DNA from: an uncultured virus (IMG/VR IMGVR_UViG_3300021091_000024)
Taxonomy: Duplodnaviria; Heunggongvirae; Uroviricota; Caudoviricetes
IMG/VR virus record: IMGVR_UViG_3300021091_000024
Direction: 5' to 3' (one strand)
DNA: 64,000 bases
The position numbers and the translations under genes were made by a program. The stretch's first letter is position 1. Every line of letters begins with the position of its first letter. The notes beneath the pieces were generated by a model. That model did no database searches. It was not told the origin of the DNA and saw only the letters and a program-made list of their open reading frames with translations. This document shows, piece by piece, positions 8,463-18,763 of this stretch.

Positions 8463-9154
8463 ATGGCAACTCTACCGCAATCAATGAAGGCCTGATGGGT
8501 TATTGGCATCTTTTCTAAGAAAAATTTTTCAATTATTTTTGCATACTCATTTATTTCGTACTGAGCATTGCTATCATTTCTAAGAGAAATAAAATTTATC
8601 AATGATCTAGCATTAACTGACCAAATAAACTCTGTATATTGTGAGACTGGCAGGACACATCTTGCAATTTCTTTTGCAACACCTATTTCTATTAAACGTT
8701 TATATGAAGAATATGCATGTTGATTGCAATGATTAATCTCCAATATTGTTTCATTTACAATCTTTTTATCCTCAATTGCTTGAAAGGTATAAGCACCTGG
8801 TTTACCAACCTGCTTTCTTATATTCTTGGCTTGAGGAACATAAAAATGAATTATTTCAGGAACATGATATCTCATACTCATTTCATTGAATGAAGACCAT
8901 CTATGTCTCATCCACTCTCTAGTGACAAAAATTGGTGCTTTAATTCTGAATTTAAACATAGAGTGTTCAAAAGGTGTTGAGTGTTTATTTTTCATTAAAT
9001 AATTAATCAATCCTTTCGCTCTATCATCTATTTTGTCTTGGTAGGCGGCAAAAGAAACCCTTGCCCCATTGACGACATCAAGATCCGAAGCCATACTTCC
9101 TAATAGTTCCACTTCTCCGTGGTCAAGTACGTTATAAACAGTTGTATAAACCAT
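8459..9154 (-). CDS. thyX: flavin-dependent thymidylate synthase
   Basis: HSTPFEH and RHRWSSFNEMSMRY ThyX motif. Confidence 0.95.
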   Translation of the reverse strand: MVYTTVYNVLDHGEVELLGSMASDLDVVNGARVSFAAYQDKIDDRAKGLINYLMKNKHSTPFEHSMFKFRIKAPIFVTREWMRHRWSSFNEMSMRYHVPEIIHFYVPQAKNIRKQVGKPGAYTFQAIEDKKIVNETILEINHCNQHAYSSYKRLIEIGVAKEIARCVLPVSQYTEFIWSVNARSLINFISLRNDSNAQYEINEYAKIIEKFFLEKMPITHQAFIDCGRVAI

Positions 9155-9287
9155 TTCTGTAGGCTATCAGAAAAAAAAATAAAAATTTTCATTTTTTGAC
9201 ACATGAATGAAAAAAAATTGATATGCTTCGCATGCAAGGCATGCAAGAATACTTATATTCCATATATGCCTATATATCTTATATAAT

Positions 9288-9560
9288 ATGAATACTGATA
9301 CAATAAAGACTATGAAAATAATTGCAATTGTTGAGTCCGATGACTACGGCGCTGCGGCAATTCTGGAGTCTGATTGCATTTCTGTTACAAGAATAGATGA
9401 TTTTTATTTTGCAGCTGCTCGTTGTGTTTTTACACAAATGCCAATAACTTGTGAAATTTCTGAAAAGGATGCTAAGTTATTGATGAATCAGGGTGTAAAC
9501 TGCATATCTATTTCCTCAGATAGTTTTGGATCTGAGGATACCGAAGGTATCAAAAAATAA
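9288..9560 (+). CDS. hypothetical protein
   Basis: first ORF of the plus-strand block. Confidence 0.6.
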   Translation: MNTDTIKTMKIIAIVESDDYGAAAILESDCISVTRIDDFYFAAARCVFTQMPITCEISEKDAKLLMNQGVNCISISSDSFGSEDTEGIKK

Positions 9561-9571
9561 CACATCATTCT

Positions 9572-10585
9572 ATGAAAAAAATTAGCTGGTTTAGCTTAAA
9601 TAATACTGATATTAGTGGAGAACTTTGGGCAAGCCAAGGCTATGCTACTGCTGCATTGAATACAATTAAATCAATTCAAGCAAAAAACTTTGGTGTGTTC
9701 TACAATAGGCCAGAAATTTCTTTTCATATTAATTTTTGTCAACCTCATTATTATCAGTTAAATAATGATTACAAAGTTGGCTATACCCCCTGGGAATCAA
9801 CAAAAATTCCTAATGGCTGGTTATACAATATGAGTCTATGTAATGAAATATGGGCTACCTCAAACTTTGTTAAAGAAGTTTATAAAACTCATAATGTAAA
9901 TGAAAATATATATGTAATTCCTCATGGTATCTCAGAAGATTTTTCAATTGTTGAAAGAGAAGAAACAGACACATTTTATTTTCTTCACGTTGGGGGGGAT
10001 TCTAAGAGAAAAAATGCACAACTTGTTGTAGATGCCTTTCTAGAATTATTTGATGGCAAAGAAGAATTTAAATTAATACTCAAATATAATAATTTCTGCC
10101 ATGCTGAAATTTATCTTAATGGCAGACTTCTTCCTGCAACGCAACATTCTCAAATAATTGGCATTCCAGAAGTTTTTGATGTCAATCAAATAATTAAACT
10201 TTATCATAAAGCTCATTGCCTTGTTTATCCAACAAGTGGAGAAGGTTTTGGTATGATTCCATTTGAAGCAATGGCAACAGGTCTCCCCACAATTGTTACA
10301 AATGCAACTGGGTGCAAAGATTTTGCTCAATATGGTGTTCCACTAGAGACTGACTTTGGATTAGCGGAATATAATTCTTACCAGTATGGTACTGATACTG
10401 GATATTGGGCCACTCCAGATATTGAAGATGTTATCTCAACAATGCAAAATGTTGTTAATGAATATGATCTTTTTAAGAAACATGCTCACAGGTCAGCAAA
10501 AATAATTCACCAAGAACACTCCTGGTCGTCAGTTGCTGATATGATCATCGCTCGTTACGAAGAGTTTGAAAAAAAACATCATTAG
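9572..10585 (+). CDS. glycosyltransferase, GT-B/GT4-like
   Basis: PWES...IPHG...RKN...YPTSGEGFGMIPFEAMATGLP. Confidence 0.9.
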   Translation: MKKISWFSLNNTDISGELWASQGYATAALNTIKSIQAKNFGVFYNRPEISFHINFCQPHYYQLNNDYKVGYTPWESTKIPNGWLYNMSLCNEIWATSNFVKEVYKTHNVNENIYVIPHGISEDFSIVEREETDTFYFLHVGGDSKRKNAQLVVDAFLELFDGKEEFKLILKYNNFCHAEIYLNGRLLPATQHSQIIGIPEVFDVNQIIKLYHKAHCLVYPTSGEGFGMIPFEAMATGLPTIVTNATGCKDFAQYGVPLETDFGLAEYNSYQYGTDTGYWATPDIEDVISTMQNVVNEYDLFKKHAHRSAKIIHQEHSWSSVADMIIARYEEFEKKHH

Positions 10586-10654
10586 TCCTAAGCACTAATT
10601 GAATCGTTGTAACGATTGAATTGATATCATAATCCTTTACATATAGGAGCAAAA

Positions 10655-12727
10655 ATGACTAATAATACACCCAAGGAAGATTTGATGTTCTCTTTTAAAC
10701 TTAGTGATGACTTTGTTTCTTCATATAAAACAAAACCTTCTCCATTCGGATACAAAGACGCTGGGAATAATTCAGTTGGGGAAATAACATTCTTACGCAC
10801 ATATTCGCGCAAAAAAACGGATGGGACTAAAGAAACATGGGTGGAAGTTTGTGAGCGTGTTATTAATGGTATGTATTCTCTTCAAAAAGACCATTGTCGT
10901 AATAACAAACTTCCTTGGAATGGTGTTAAGGCTCAAGCAAGTGCAAAAGAGGCTTTTGACCGTTTGTTCAATCTTAAATGGACACCACCTGGTCGTGGTT
11001 TGTGGATTATGGGGACTGAACTTGTAAATGTACAGCGCAACTCTGCTGCGCTTCAAAATTGTGCTTTTGTTTCAACATCTGAAATGACAAGGGACAATCC
11101 AGCGGAACCTTTTGGTTTTCTAATGGAAGCGTCAATGCTTGGTGTCGGTGTTGGGTTCGATGACAAGGGTGCAGACAAAGATTTTGTTATTTACGAACCA
11201 TCTAAGTCAGAAGTTGTTGATATAATCGAAGACTCAAGAGAGGGCTGGAGAGATTCGACAATTTCTCTTATTAATTCCTACCTTAAACCAGATCAAAACA
11301 AAATTACGTTTGACTACTCTTTGATTCGCCCAGCAGGTCAGACAATTAAAACGTTTGGCGGAACAGCCGCTGGTTCTGACCCGCTTATCAAACTTCATAA
11401 CCATATTAAAAAAATATTTTCTAACAGAAATGGTGAAAAATTAACAAGAACCGATATTGCTGATATTGGAAATATGATTGGTGTTTGTGTTGTTTCTGGT
11501 AATGTTAGACGCTCAGCAGAGCTTTTAATTGGTCGTCATGATGATGATAACTTTTTGAATTTGAAAAACCCTGTATATTTTCCTGAAAGAAATTCATATG
11601 ATTCTGAAAATCCAGGATGGGCTTGGATGAGTAATAATTCAATTGAAACAATTGTTGGCGCTGATCTTTCACATATTGTGGAAAATATTGCACTCAATGG
11701 AGAACCAGGCATTATTTGGTTAGATATGTCGCGCAAGTATGGAAGGCTTGCTGACTCTGCTACAAATAAAGATTGGAGAGTCGCTGGATATAATCCATGC
11801 GCTGAGCAGTCTCTTGAATCTTATGAATGCTGTACACTTGTTGAAACGTATCTTAATAGACATGAAAATATTGAGGATTATAAAAGAACATTGAAGTTTG
11901 CATATCTTTATGCAAAAACAGTTACTCTTTTACCTACGCATTGGGAAAAGACCAATGCAATTATGCAACGCAATCGTAGAATCGGAACATCTATGTCTGG
12001 TATTGCAAATTTTGCTGATATCAATGGAATTCCGATTCTTAAAGAGTGGATGAATGCTGGCTACGAAACCGTTAAGAGATATGACAATGTTTACTCGGAA
12101 TGGTTTGGTATTCGTGAATCAATCAAGATGACAACTGTTAAGCCTTCAGGGACTGTTTCAATTCTCGCAGGTGAATCCCCAGGGGTTCACTGGACTCCGG
12201 GTGGAGAATATTTTTTAAGAGCAATTCGATTTGCTAACAATGATTCAATGATTCCTTTGTTCAAAATGGCGAATTACTTAGTAGAGCCAGCTTCTGAATC
12301 GCCAGATACAACATCTGTTGTCTTTTTCCCAATTAAATCAAATGCTAAAAGATCTGAAAAAGATGTGACAATTTTTGAAAAAATGGCAATTGCAGCAACA
12401 GCACAAAGATACTGGTCTGATAACTCAGTCTCAGTAACAATATCTTTTGATTCTGAAATTGAAAAAAAATATATTGGCACAGTTCTTCACATGTATGATG
12501 GACAATTAAAAACCGTATCTTTCTTACCCCAAGGTAATCATGTGTATCCACAAATGCCGTATACACAAATTTCTAAGTCTGAATATGAGAAATATACAGA
12601 CAATCTTTTTCCAATTGATTTTTCTGGCATCTATGCTGGTCTTGGGGCAGATGCTATTGGTGAGTCTTATTGTACAACAGACGCATGTGAGATTAAATTC
12701 TTAAAAGAAAACGTACAGTCTTCGTAA
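10655..12727 (+). CDS. nrdJ: class II (adenosylcobalamin-dependent) ribonucleotide reductase
   Basis: PPGRGLW, NCAF, VVSGNVRRSA, NPCAEQ.L...C, TTVKPSGT, C-terminal CTTDAC. Confidence 0.92.
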   Translation: MTNNTPKEDLMFSFKLSDDFVSSYKTKPSPFGYKDAGNNSVGEITFLRTYSRKKTDGTKETWVEVCERVINGMYSLQKDHCRNNKLPWNGVKAQASAKEAFDRLFNLKWTPPGRGLWIMGTELVNVQRNSAALQNCAFVSTSEMTRDNPAEPFGFLMEASMLGVGVGFDDKGADKDFVIYEPSKSEVVDIIEDSREGWRDSTISLINSYLKPDQNKITFDYSLIRPAGQTIKTFGGTAAGSDPLIKLHNHIKKIFSNRNGEKLTRTDIADIGNMIGVCVVSGNVRRSAELLIGRHDDDNFLNLKNPVYFPERNSYDSENPGWAWMSNNSIETIVGADLSHIVENIALNGEPGIIWLDMSRKYGRLADSATNKDWRVAGYNPCAEQSLESYECCTLVETYLNRHENIEDYKRTLKFAYLYAKTVTLLPTHWEKTNAIMQRNRRIGTSMSGIANFADINGIPILKEWMNAGYETVKRYDNVYSEWFGIRESIKMTTVKPSGTVSILAGESPGVHWTPGGEYFLRAIRFANNDSMIPLFKMANYLVEPASESPDTTSVVFFPIKSNAKRSEKDVTIFEKMAIAATAQRYWSDNSVSVTISFDSEIEKKYIGTVLHMYDGQLKTVSFLPQGNHVYPQMPYTQISKSEYEKYTDNLFPIDFSGIYAGLGADAIGESYCTTDACEIKFLKENVQSS

Positions 12728-12804
12728 CCATATTTGCCCAAAATGATGATAAATGGTATATCATTGGTAGATAATTTAATAAAATTGATGTATGATTGTC
12801 TTAA

Positions 12805-13128
12805 ATGAGTTTTGATATCATTAAAGATAATAAAATTTGGATACCTGAACGGTCCTATGGCATTTGCATGTGGATGATGCCAGATGGCCTTCCTTTATCT
12901 GATGGCGATGGAATACTTTGTGCCGAAGGTCTTGTTGGTGACAAGAATGTTGAAAATCGCGTGAGACAGGCGGCTAAATACTGGACTGGTTCAGAAGACG
13001 GTGATGTTCAATGGGTCTCTGGCGCAAGGAAAGTCTCATCCTCAGAGAAAGACGACCAAGCAGAGAGATTGAATAATGGTTTAATAGCGGATCCATTTGA
13101 AGATATGTTTGATCAACATTTTAAATAA
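12805..13128 (+). CDS. conserved hypothetical protein upstream of the portal
   Basis: 107-aa ORF, leaderless-like TATGAT before the ATG. Confidence 0.7.
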   Translation: MSFDIIKDNKIWIPERSYGICMWMMPDGLPLSDGDGILCAEGLVGDKNVENRVRQAAKYWTGSEDGDVQWVSGARKVSSSEKDDQAERLNNGLIADPFEDMFDQHFK

Positions 13129-13136
13129 GAGGTTTT

Positions 13137-14744
13137 ATGAATAATAAGATGGTTCATGTTGAAAGCGATATTGATGATCAGGAAGACCTAGATCTTTCCT
13201 ATCTTCAGGCATTCTCATCTCATGATTCAAAAGACCCTTTTAAAGAAATTACAATATCTTCGCTTTCTCCTTCAATGCGAAGGAAGGCATACAGGCTTCA
13301 AAAAAGACTTGAAGGTGAAGATGGCACTAAATCTAAATATATAGATCCAGAAGTTGTTAATGGATATTCTCTTTGGGATATTGTCAATCCTCCTTATGAT
13401 CTAGACAATCTTGCTGGCCTGTATGATCAAAGTGCAATTCACAATGCTGCGATAAACGCTCGCGTCATGAATACTGTTGGTCTTGGTTTTGAGTTTGTTG
13501 AAACTCTTAAAGCTAGAAGAAAGGTTGAAAAAGCACAAGACGACTCCGCAAAAATAGATCGCGTAAGAAAAGCCGTGCAGGATCTAAGAGAAGATCTTGA
13601 AAATAAATTTGAAAGTTTTAATGTTGAAGAAACGCTTATTGAAACTCTTGTAAGAGTTTGGCAAGATGTTTTGTCTGTTGGAAATGGTTATTTGGAAATT
13701 GGTCGTAATAATTCTGGAGAGATTGGATACATCGGTCACGTTCCAGCAACAATGATTAGAGTGAGAAGAAAGCGCGATGGCTTTGTTCAGCTTTCAAGAA
13801 GTAACAAGATTCAAGCAGTCTTCTTTAAGAACTTTGAAGATCTTGAGATGAAAGACCCTATTAACGGTGATCCAAACCCTAATGAAATACTACATTTCAA
13901 AATCTATTCACCAAATAATACGTATTATGGCATACCAGCAGCGGTGTCGGCTGCAGCTGCGATTGTTGGTGATAAATTTGCAAAAGAATATAATATTGAT
14001 TATTTTGAAAATAAGGCAATACCAAGATATGCAATTATTTTAAAGGGTGCAAAATTAAGCAATAAATCAAAACAAGAACTTGTTAATTATTTTAGAAATG
14101 AAGTAAAAGGAAGAAATCACGGGACATTAGTTGTACCCCTCCCCGCCAGTATTGGGGCAGATACAGATATCAAGTTTGAAAAACTTGAGGCAGGCGTGCA
14201 GGATGCTTCGTTCGATAAATATCGTAAATCTAACAGAGATGAAATTCTTGTAGCAAACAGAGTGCCAGCACCAAAAGTTGGTGTTTATGATAACGCAAAC
14301 TTGGCTGTTTCAAGAGATGCTGATAAGACATTTAAAATGCAAGTAATTGGTCCAGATCAGGCTGTTATTGAAAAACGAATTAATAGAATTGTTATGGAAT
14401 TTACTGATCTTTTAGAATTTAAACTTAAAAAAATTGATCTTGTTGATGAAGATATTGAATCAAGAATTTTTGATAGATATCTCAGAACAGAAGTCCTTGC
14501 CCCCAATGAGGTTCGTGCCAAAATTGGGCTTCCTGAAAGAAGAGATGGCGACGATGTTTTGCCATATCCAACGAGGATAAAACAAGAAGGGGCGGGAGCG
14601 CCTGTTGGAAATTCAAATAACAGTGCAGCAAATCCGCCCAAGTCAAGAAGTGATTCTGGCGGCTTGCCAGAGGGTACTAGAGAATCTGGTGATCAGAACG
14701 AACGAGGACAAAATCAAGACTCGGGCAACAATCTAGATTCTTAA
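13137..14744 (+). CDS. portal protein (PBSX/HK97-like)
   Basis: GNGYLEI.R, NEILHFK.YSP..YYGIP, YFENKAIP, PNEVR..GLP; position before protease and capsid. Confidence 0.92.
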   Translation: MNNKMVHVESDIDDQEDLDLSYLQAFSSHDSKDPFKEITISSLSPSMRRKAYRLQKRLEGEDGTKSKYIDPEVVNGYSLWDIVNPPYDLDNLAGLYDQSAIHNAAINARVMNTVGLGFEFVETLKARRKVEKAQDDSAKIDRVRKAVQDLREDLENKFESFNVEETLIETLVRVWQDVLSVGNGYLEIGRNNSGEIGYIGHVPATMIRVRRKRDGFVQLSRSNKIQAVFFKNFEDLEMKDPINGDPNPNEILHFKIYSPNNTYYGIPAAVSAAAAIVGDKFAKEYNIDYFENKAIPRYAIILKGAKLSNKSKQELVNYFRNEVKGRNHGTLVVPLPASIGADTDIKFEKLEAGVQDASFDKYRKSNRDEILVANRVPAPKVGVYDNANLAVSRDADKTFKMQVIGPDQAVIEKRINRIVMEFTDLLEFKLKKIDLVDEDIESRIFDRYLRTEVLAPNEVRAKIGLPERRDGDDVLPYPTRIKQEGAGAPVGNSNNSAANPPKSRSDSGGLPEGTRESGDQNERGQNQDSGNNLDS

Positions 14745-14758
14745 AATGGAGGATAATA

Positions 14759-15013
14759 ATGAGTTACGGAAGCGTCGTATATTCAGACACATCGGTGGAT
14801 AGCACTGCTGGTGAAGTATCAATAGGAAGACATACAGTTTGTATTAAATTTATTAATACACATGCATCAACAAATGCTGTAGTTAAACTCAATGGTGGTC
14901 CACACGAAGTTCTTATTCCAGCAAACAAAAACTATGTTGAAATTGAAGGTGATTTTACAAAATTTCAAGTTATTACTGCTGATGTTGCATTAGCTGTTTT
15001 TGCTGTTGGCTGA
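14759..15013 (+). CDS. small beta-rich protein, possibly virion
   Basis: GGAGG SD; lies in the head operon. Confidence 0.65.
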   Translation: MSYGSVVYSDTSVDSTAGEVSIGRHTVCIKFINTHASTNAVVKLNGGPHEVLIPANKNYVEIEGDFTKFQVITADVALAVFAVG

Positions 15014-15054
15014 TTATATAGAAAAGAATGTATAATAAACTATTACGAGGTAAT

Positions 15055-16554
15055 ATGGAAGACTTTATACTTTCGTTCCCAATTGACTTTATCAAAAAGG
15101 AACAACGAATTGTTAGTGGCATCGCTACTGCAGATAATATAGATAAATCTGGTGATTTAGTAAATTTCGATGCCTCAATCGAAGCATTTAAAAACTGGGG
15201 CGGAAACATTCGAGAGATGCACGCACCAATTGCTGTTGGTAAAGCTATTAAATATGAACCAATTAAAATCAGTGGTCCTGATGGCAAAGAGTACAATGCA
15301 ATCAAAGTTGAGGCCTACATATCAAAAGGCGCAGAAAACACATGGCAAAAAATTCTTGATGGGACGCTTACTGCTTTTTCAATTGGCGGAAAGATTGTAG
15401 AAAAATCCCAAGATACATCTAAAGTCTACAATGGTAGACCAATTAATATTATTAAAAAATATGTTTTAGGTGAATTAAGTTTGGTTGATAATCCTGCTAA
15501 TGCTCTTGCGGTTGTAGATATTATTAAAAGAAATCAAGATACTGGTGATCTTGAGTATATTTTGCAAGAAATTATAGAAAAAGCAAAACAGCCAATCAAA
15601 GATCCCAAAGGCGGATTGACGGCGGCTGGTAGAAGACACTTCAAACAAACTGAAGGTGCAAATTTAAAACCTGGAGTAAGAGGTCCAGCAAATACACCAG
15701 AAAAGATGCGTAGAAAAGGTTCTTTCTTAACTAGATTTTTTACAAATCCATCTGGACCAATGAAAGACGATAAGGGAAGACCAACAAGACTAGCCCTCTC
15801 TGCAGCAGCATGGGGGGAGCCAGTTCCACAAGACCGCTCCGATGCCGCTGCTCTCGCTGCTAAGGGTAGAAGGCTTCTTGAAAGATATTCAAAAATTAAA
15901 AATAAAAGCATAGAAACAATCCTGGAAGAAGAGGAAGAAACTCTTAAAAAAGATATGGAATACTTCTTGGGAGAAGATTTTGAAAAAGAAATAGAGGAAA
16001 ATGAAAAAAACGTTATGAAGCAAGAGAATTTATTGCAAAATGATATAAAATATGATAAGGTCTTAAGAATGAATGAACAAGATGAGAAACTCACGCTCTT
16101 AAAGCGGTTTGTTAACTGGCTTGTTCCCGATGTTCAAGAGGATGCTTCAACACAAACAACAGTTGAAGTAAATGAAAACACACAGGAGGAAGAAATGGAT
16201 ATTGATGTCCTTAAAGATGCCCTTAGTGCTGTCGTTGACGAAAAACTGGCTGCTTTCGCTACTTCAATTAAAGAAGAGGTTGAGGCATCGGTCCAAAACA
16301 AAGTTGATGAACTTGCCAAGGGGTTTGAGGCTCAGACGGCTGAGCTCCAAGAAAAACTTGATGCAGCAGAGAAAGCTCTTGCTGAACAAGATGAGAAAGT
16401 TAACTCTTTTGCCAACTCTGGCGCAATTAAGAAGAGTGTCGATCCAGAGGATGATGAAGAAGGCGAAGAGATTAAAAAGTCGGCTCCAAAGTCAATTTGG
16501 AAAAATGTTTATTTGCCACAGGGCTTGATTAACGCTCTTGGTTACGAGTCATAA
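15055..16554 (+). CDS. prohead protease with DUF6321-like insertion and C-terminal scaffold
   Basis: GIATADNID..GD, REMH, AFSIGG, ELSLVDNPAN; acidic coiled-coil C-terminus. Confidence 0.85.
   Translation: MEDFILSFPIDFIKKEQRIVSGIATADNIDKSGDLVNFDASIEAFKNWGGNIREMHAPIAVGKAIKYEPIKISGPDGKEYNAIKVEAYISKGAENTWQKILDGTLTAFSIGGKIVEKSQDTSKVYNGRPINIIKKYVLGELSLVDNPANALAVVDIIKRNQDTGDLEYILQEIIEKAKQPIKDPKGGLTAAGRRHFKQTEGANLKPGVRGPANTPEKMRRKGSFLTRFFTNPSGPMKDDKGRPTRLALSAAAWGEPVPQDRSDAAALAAKGRRLLERYSKIKNKSIETILEEEEETLKKDMEYFLGEDFEKEIEENEKNVMKQENLLQNDIKYDKVLRMNEQDEKLTLLKRFVNWLVPDVQEDASTQTTVEVNENTQEEEMDIDVLKDALSAVVDEKLAAFATSIKEEVEASVQNKVDELAKGFEAQTAELQEKLDAAEKALAEQDEKVNSFANSGAIKKSVDPEDDEEGEEIKKSAPKSIWKNVYLPQGLINALGYES
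16033..16061 (+). promoter_or_regulatory. internal promoter TTGCAA-17nt-TAAGGT, 7 nt before in-frame ATG 16069
   Basis: consensus spacing; ATG in frame with the protease gene. Confidence 0.5.
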
Positions 16555-16571
16555 TAGGAGGAATAATTAAT

Positions 16572-17603
16572 ATGGCATCACAAGAAGAAATTCTTTCAAA
16601 AGCTAACGAAGTAACAACGAGCGTTGTCGGCAGTGCCTCTGGGGGTCTCCTTCAGCCAGCGCAGTCAAATCGTTTTTTGGATTTCGTAATTGATCAATCT
16701 GTTCTCATGCAGAACGCAAGAATCGTTCGTATGCGTACACCACAAATGGAGATTGACAAGTTGTCAATCGGTACTCGCTTGCTTGCAAAGGCAACTGAGG
16801 CAACAGATGATGGCACAAATGCTGCTGTCACATTCAGTAAGGTCTCTCTAAGCACCGTGAAACTGCGTCTTGATTGGGCAATTTCAACAGAGTCTCTTGA
16901 GGACAACATTGAAGGTCCTTCACTTGAGGATCACATCGCTCAGGTCATGGCTCGTCAAACAGCTAATGACATGGATGATCTTTTCATCAATGGTAATACC
17001 TCTTCAAACAATGGCCTGCTCAAGGCTCTTGATGGCTTTATCAAGCTTGCAAAGGCTTCGGGTACTGTTGTTGATGAGGCAGGTAATAATATTTCACGTG
17101 CAACTTTTGACCGTATTCTACGCAATATGCCAACAAAGTTCCTGCAACGCAGAAATGAACTGAGATTCTTCACAGGCACAGGTCTTGTCCAAGACACGAT
17201 CTTTAGCCTTTCGAATCCCAACTCAGCAACGGCAGCGACATCTGGCGCACCATCACCTGGTTCGCTCATTGGTGATGCTGCGTTTACGCAAGGCTCAATG
17301 CGCGGCAATGGTGGCGCTGGTTCGACTGGTCTTTCGCCATTCGGCATTCCTCTGGTTGAGATCCCTCTTACTCCAGAGAATGTTTCTGGAGATTATTCAG
17401 GAGCAACAGGAAGCCACGGTCATGTTGAGCTAACTTTCCCAAACAACAGAATTATTGGTATCCATCGTGACATTACAGTGTACCGTCAGTTCAAGCCAAA
17501 GACTGACACGATTGAGTACACTCAGTTCATGAGAGTTGCTAATAACATTGAGAATGCTGCGTCTTACATCATTGGTAAGAACGTCAAGCTTCGTTCACTC
17601 TGA
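16572..17603 (+). CDS. major capsid protein (HK97 fold)
   Basis: AGGAGG SD; GGLLQPAQSNRFLD, ESLEDNIEG, LFINGN; follows the scaffold. Confidence 0.9.
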   Translation: MASQEEILSKANEVTTSVVGSASGGLLQPAQSNRFLDFVIDQSVLMQNARIVRMRTPQMEIDKLSIGTRLLAKATEATDDGTNAAVTFSKVSLSTVKLRLDWAISTESLEDNIEGPSLEDHIAQVMARQTANDMDDLFINGNTSSNNGLLKALDGFIKLAKASGTVVDEAGNNISRATFDRILRNMPTKFLQRRNELRFFTGTGLVQDTIFSLSNPNSATAATSGAPSPGSLIGDAAFTQGSMRGNGGAGSTGLSPFGIPLVEIPLTPENVSGDYSGATGSHGHVELTFPNNRIIGIHRDITVYRQFKPKTDTIEYTQFMRVANNIENAASYIIGKNVKLRSL

Positions 17604-17613
17604 TAATTAAATA

Positions 17614-17659
17614 AAATGTGATTGATGAGGGGGTCAAAAACCCCCTCATCTCGCATTTT
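17614..17659 (+). terminator. intrinsic terminator after the capsid gene
   Basis: GATGAGGGGGT-caaaa-ACCCCCTCATC stem with T-rich tail. Confidence 0.75.
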
Positions 17660-17686
17660 GTAATAAATTATGGTATTGTATTAACT

Positions 17687-18019
17687 ATGACTGCAAAAGA
17701 TAACGTTATAAAATCTGAAGATGTTGCAGAAAAAAAGCCTGCAGTTACAAAAAAGGCGGCTGTGAAAAAAACACCTGCAAAACCTTCTATAAAAACTGAA
17801 GAAAAAATTGAGAAAACTTCAGTAGATAGTTCTGAATATACATATATTGTTTTTGAAACTGGAACTGCTTATGTTTCTGGAGATTTTTATTTTACACAAA
17901 GTAATAGACTCCAAAAAATAAATTATATAGACGCACAAAGATTGCTTGAACTTGATAATTTTAGATTAGCAGATCAATCAGAAATTGAAGACTTTGTTGC
18001 TTCTGGGGATGGTGTATAA
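17687..18019 (+). CDS. hypothetical protein with K/A/P-rich N-terminus
   Basis: ORF after the capsid gene; leaderless-like start. Confidence 0.65.
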   Translation: MTAKDNVIKSEDVAEKKPAVTKKAAVKKTPAKPSIKTEEKIEKTSVDSSEYTYIVFETGTAYVSGDFYFTQSNRLQKINYIDAQRLLELDNFRLADQSEIEDFVASGDGV

Positions 18020-18402
18020 TGGCAGGCAATATTAGTGATTATTTAGAAAATAAATTACTTGATCACTTCTTAGGAACAACAGCATATACAATGCCAGCAA
18101 CTATTTATGTTGGTTTATACACTGCTGCTCCAAGCGATGCAGGAGGGGGAACGCAAGTTACTGGTGGTTCGTATGCTCGGCAGACATCTACCTTTACAGC
18201 TGCTTCAGGTGGTGCAACTTCTAATACTGCAAATATTGATTTTACCAATATGCCAGCATGCACTGTTGTTGCGATTGGTGTTTTTGATGCTTTAACGTCA
18301 GGGAATCTTTTAGTCTGGGGCACCCTTACGGCAAATAAAACACTTGATGCTGGTGACACATTAAGAATTTCTGCTGGTGATTTAGACATTAGCATCGATT
18401 AA
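18019..18402 (+). CDS. virion structural protein (tail-associated family)
   Basis: SDYLENKLLDH...YVGLYTAAPSD.GGG..V.GGSYARQ. Confidence 0.75.
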   Translation: MAGNISDYLENKLLDHFLGTTAYTMPATIYVGLYTAAPSDAGGGTQVTGGSYARQTSTFTAASGGATSNTANIDFTNMPACTVVAIGVFDALTSGNLLVWGTLTANKTLDAGDTLRISAGDLDISID

Positions 18403-18414
18403 CAAGGAGGGGTT

Positions 18415-18762
18415 ATGCTGAAAAGAGAGTTTCTAGGCTCAGTTGTAGCAACCACCTTGCTTAGCAATGTTAGCAACGTAGCCTCAAGTTTTAGTGTTGT
18501 TGATGGTTCAACATTCCCAACGGGATCTTCTGGCAACCCCTTTGTTATTGTTGTTAGCAGAGGAACCGCTGCTGAAGAAAAGATTTTAATTTCAAGCAGG
18601 GCTGGTGATTCATTTACGATACAGCAACGAGGATATGACGGCACGACAGCTCAAAACCATACCGCCCCGTCTTCTGTTGATCATGTTCTTGATGCATTGA
18701 CAATTCAAGATATGAATACTACTACTTATGATAATGAAATAAGTATTTGGATGGCGGTATAG
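18415..18762 (+). CDS. virion/tail protein ending in IWMAV motif
   Basis: EEKILI...RGYDGTTAQNH; AAGGAGG SD. Confidence 0.7.
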   Translation: MLKREFLGSVVATTLLSNVSNVASSFSVVDGSTFPTGSSGNPFVIVVSRGTAAEEKILISSRAGDSFTIQQRGYDGTTAQNHTAPSSVDHVLDALTIQDMNTTTYDNEISIWMAV

Positions 18763-18763
18763 A

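Noticed and set aside
10655..12727. Intein or intron in nrdJ
   Set aside because: Uninterrupted ORF of normal length with no splice or homing-endonuclease motifs.
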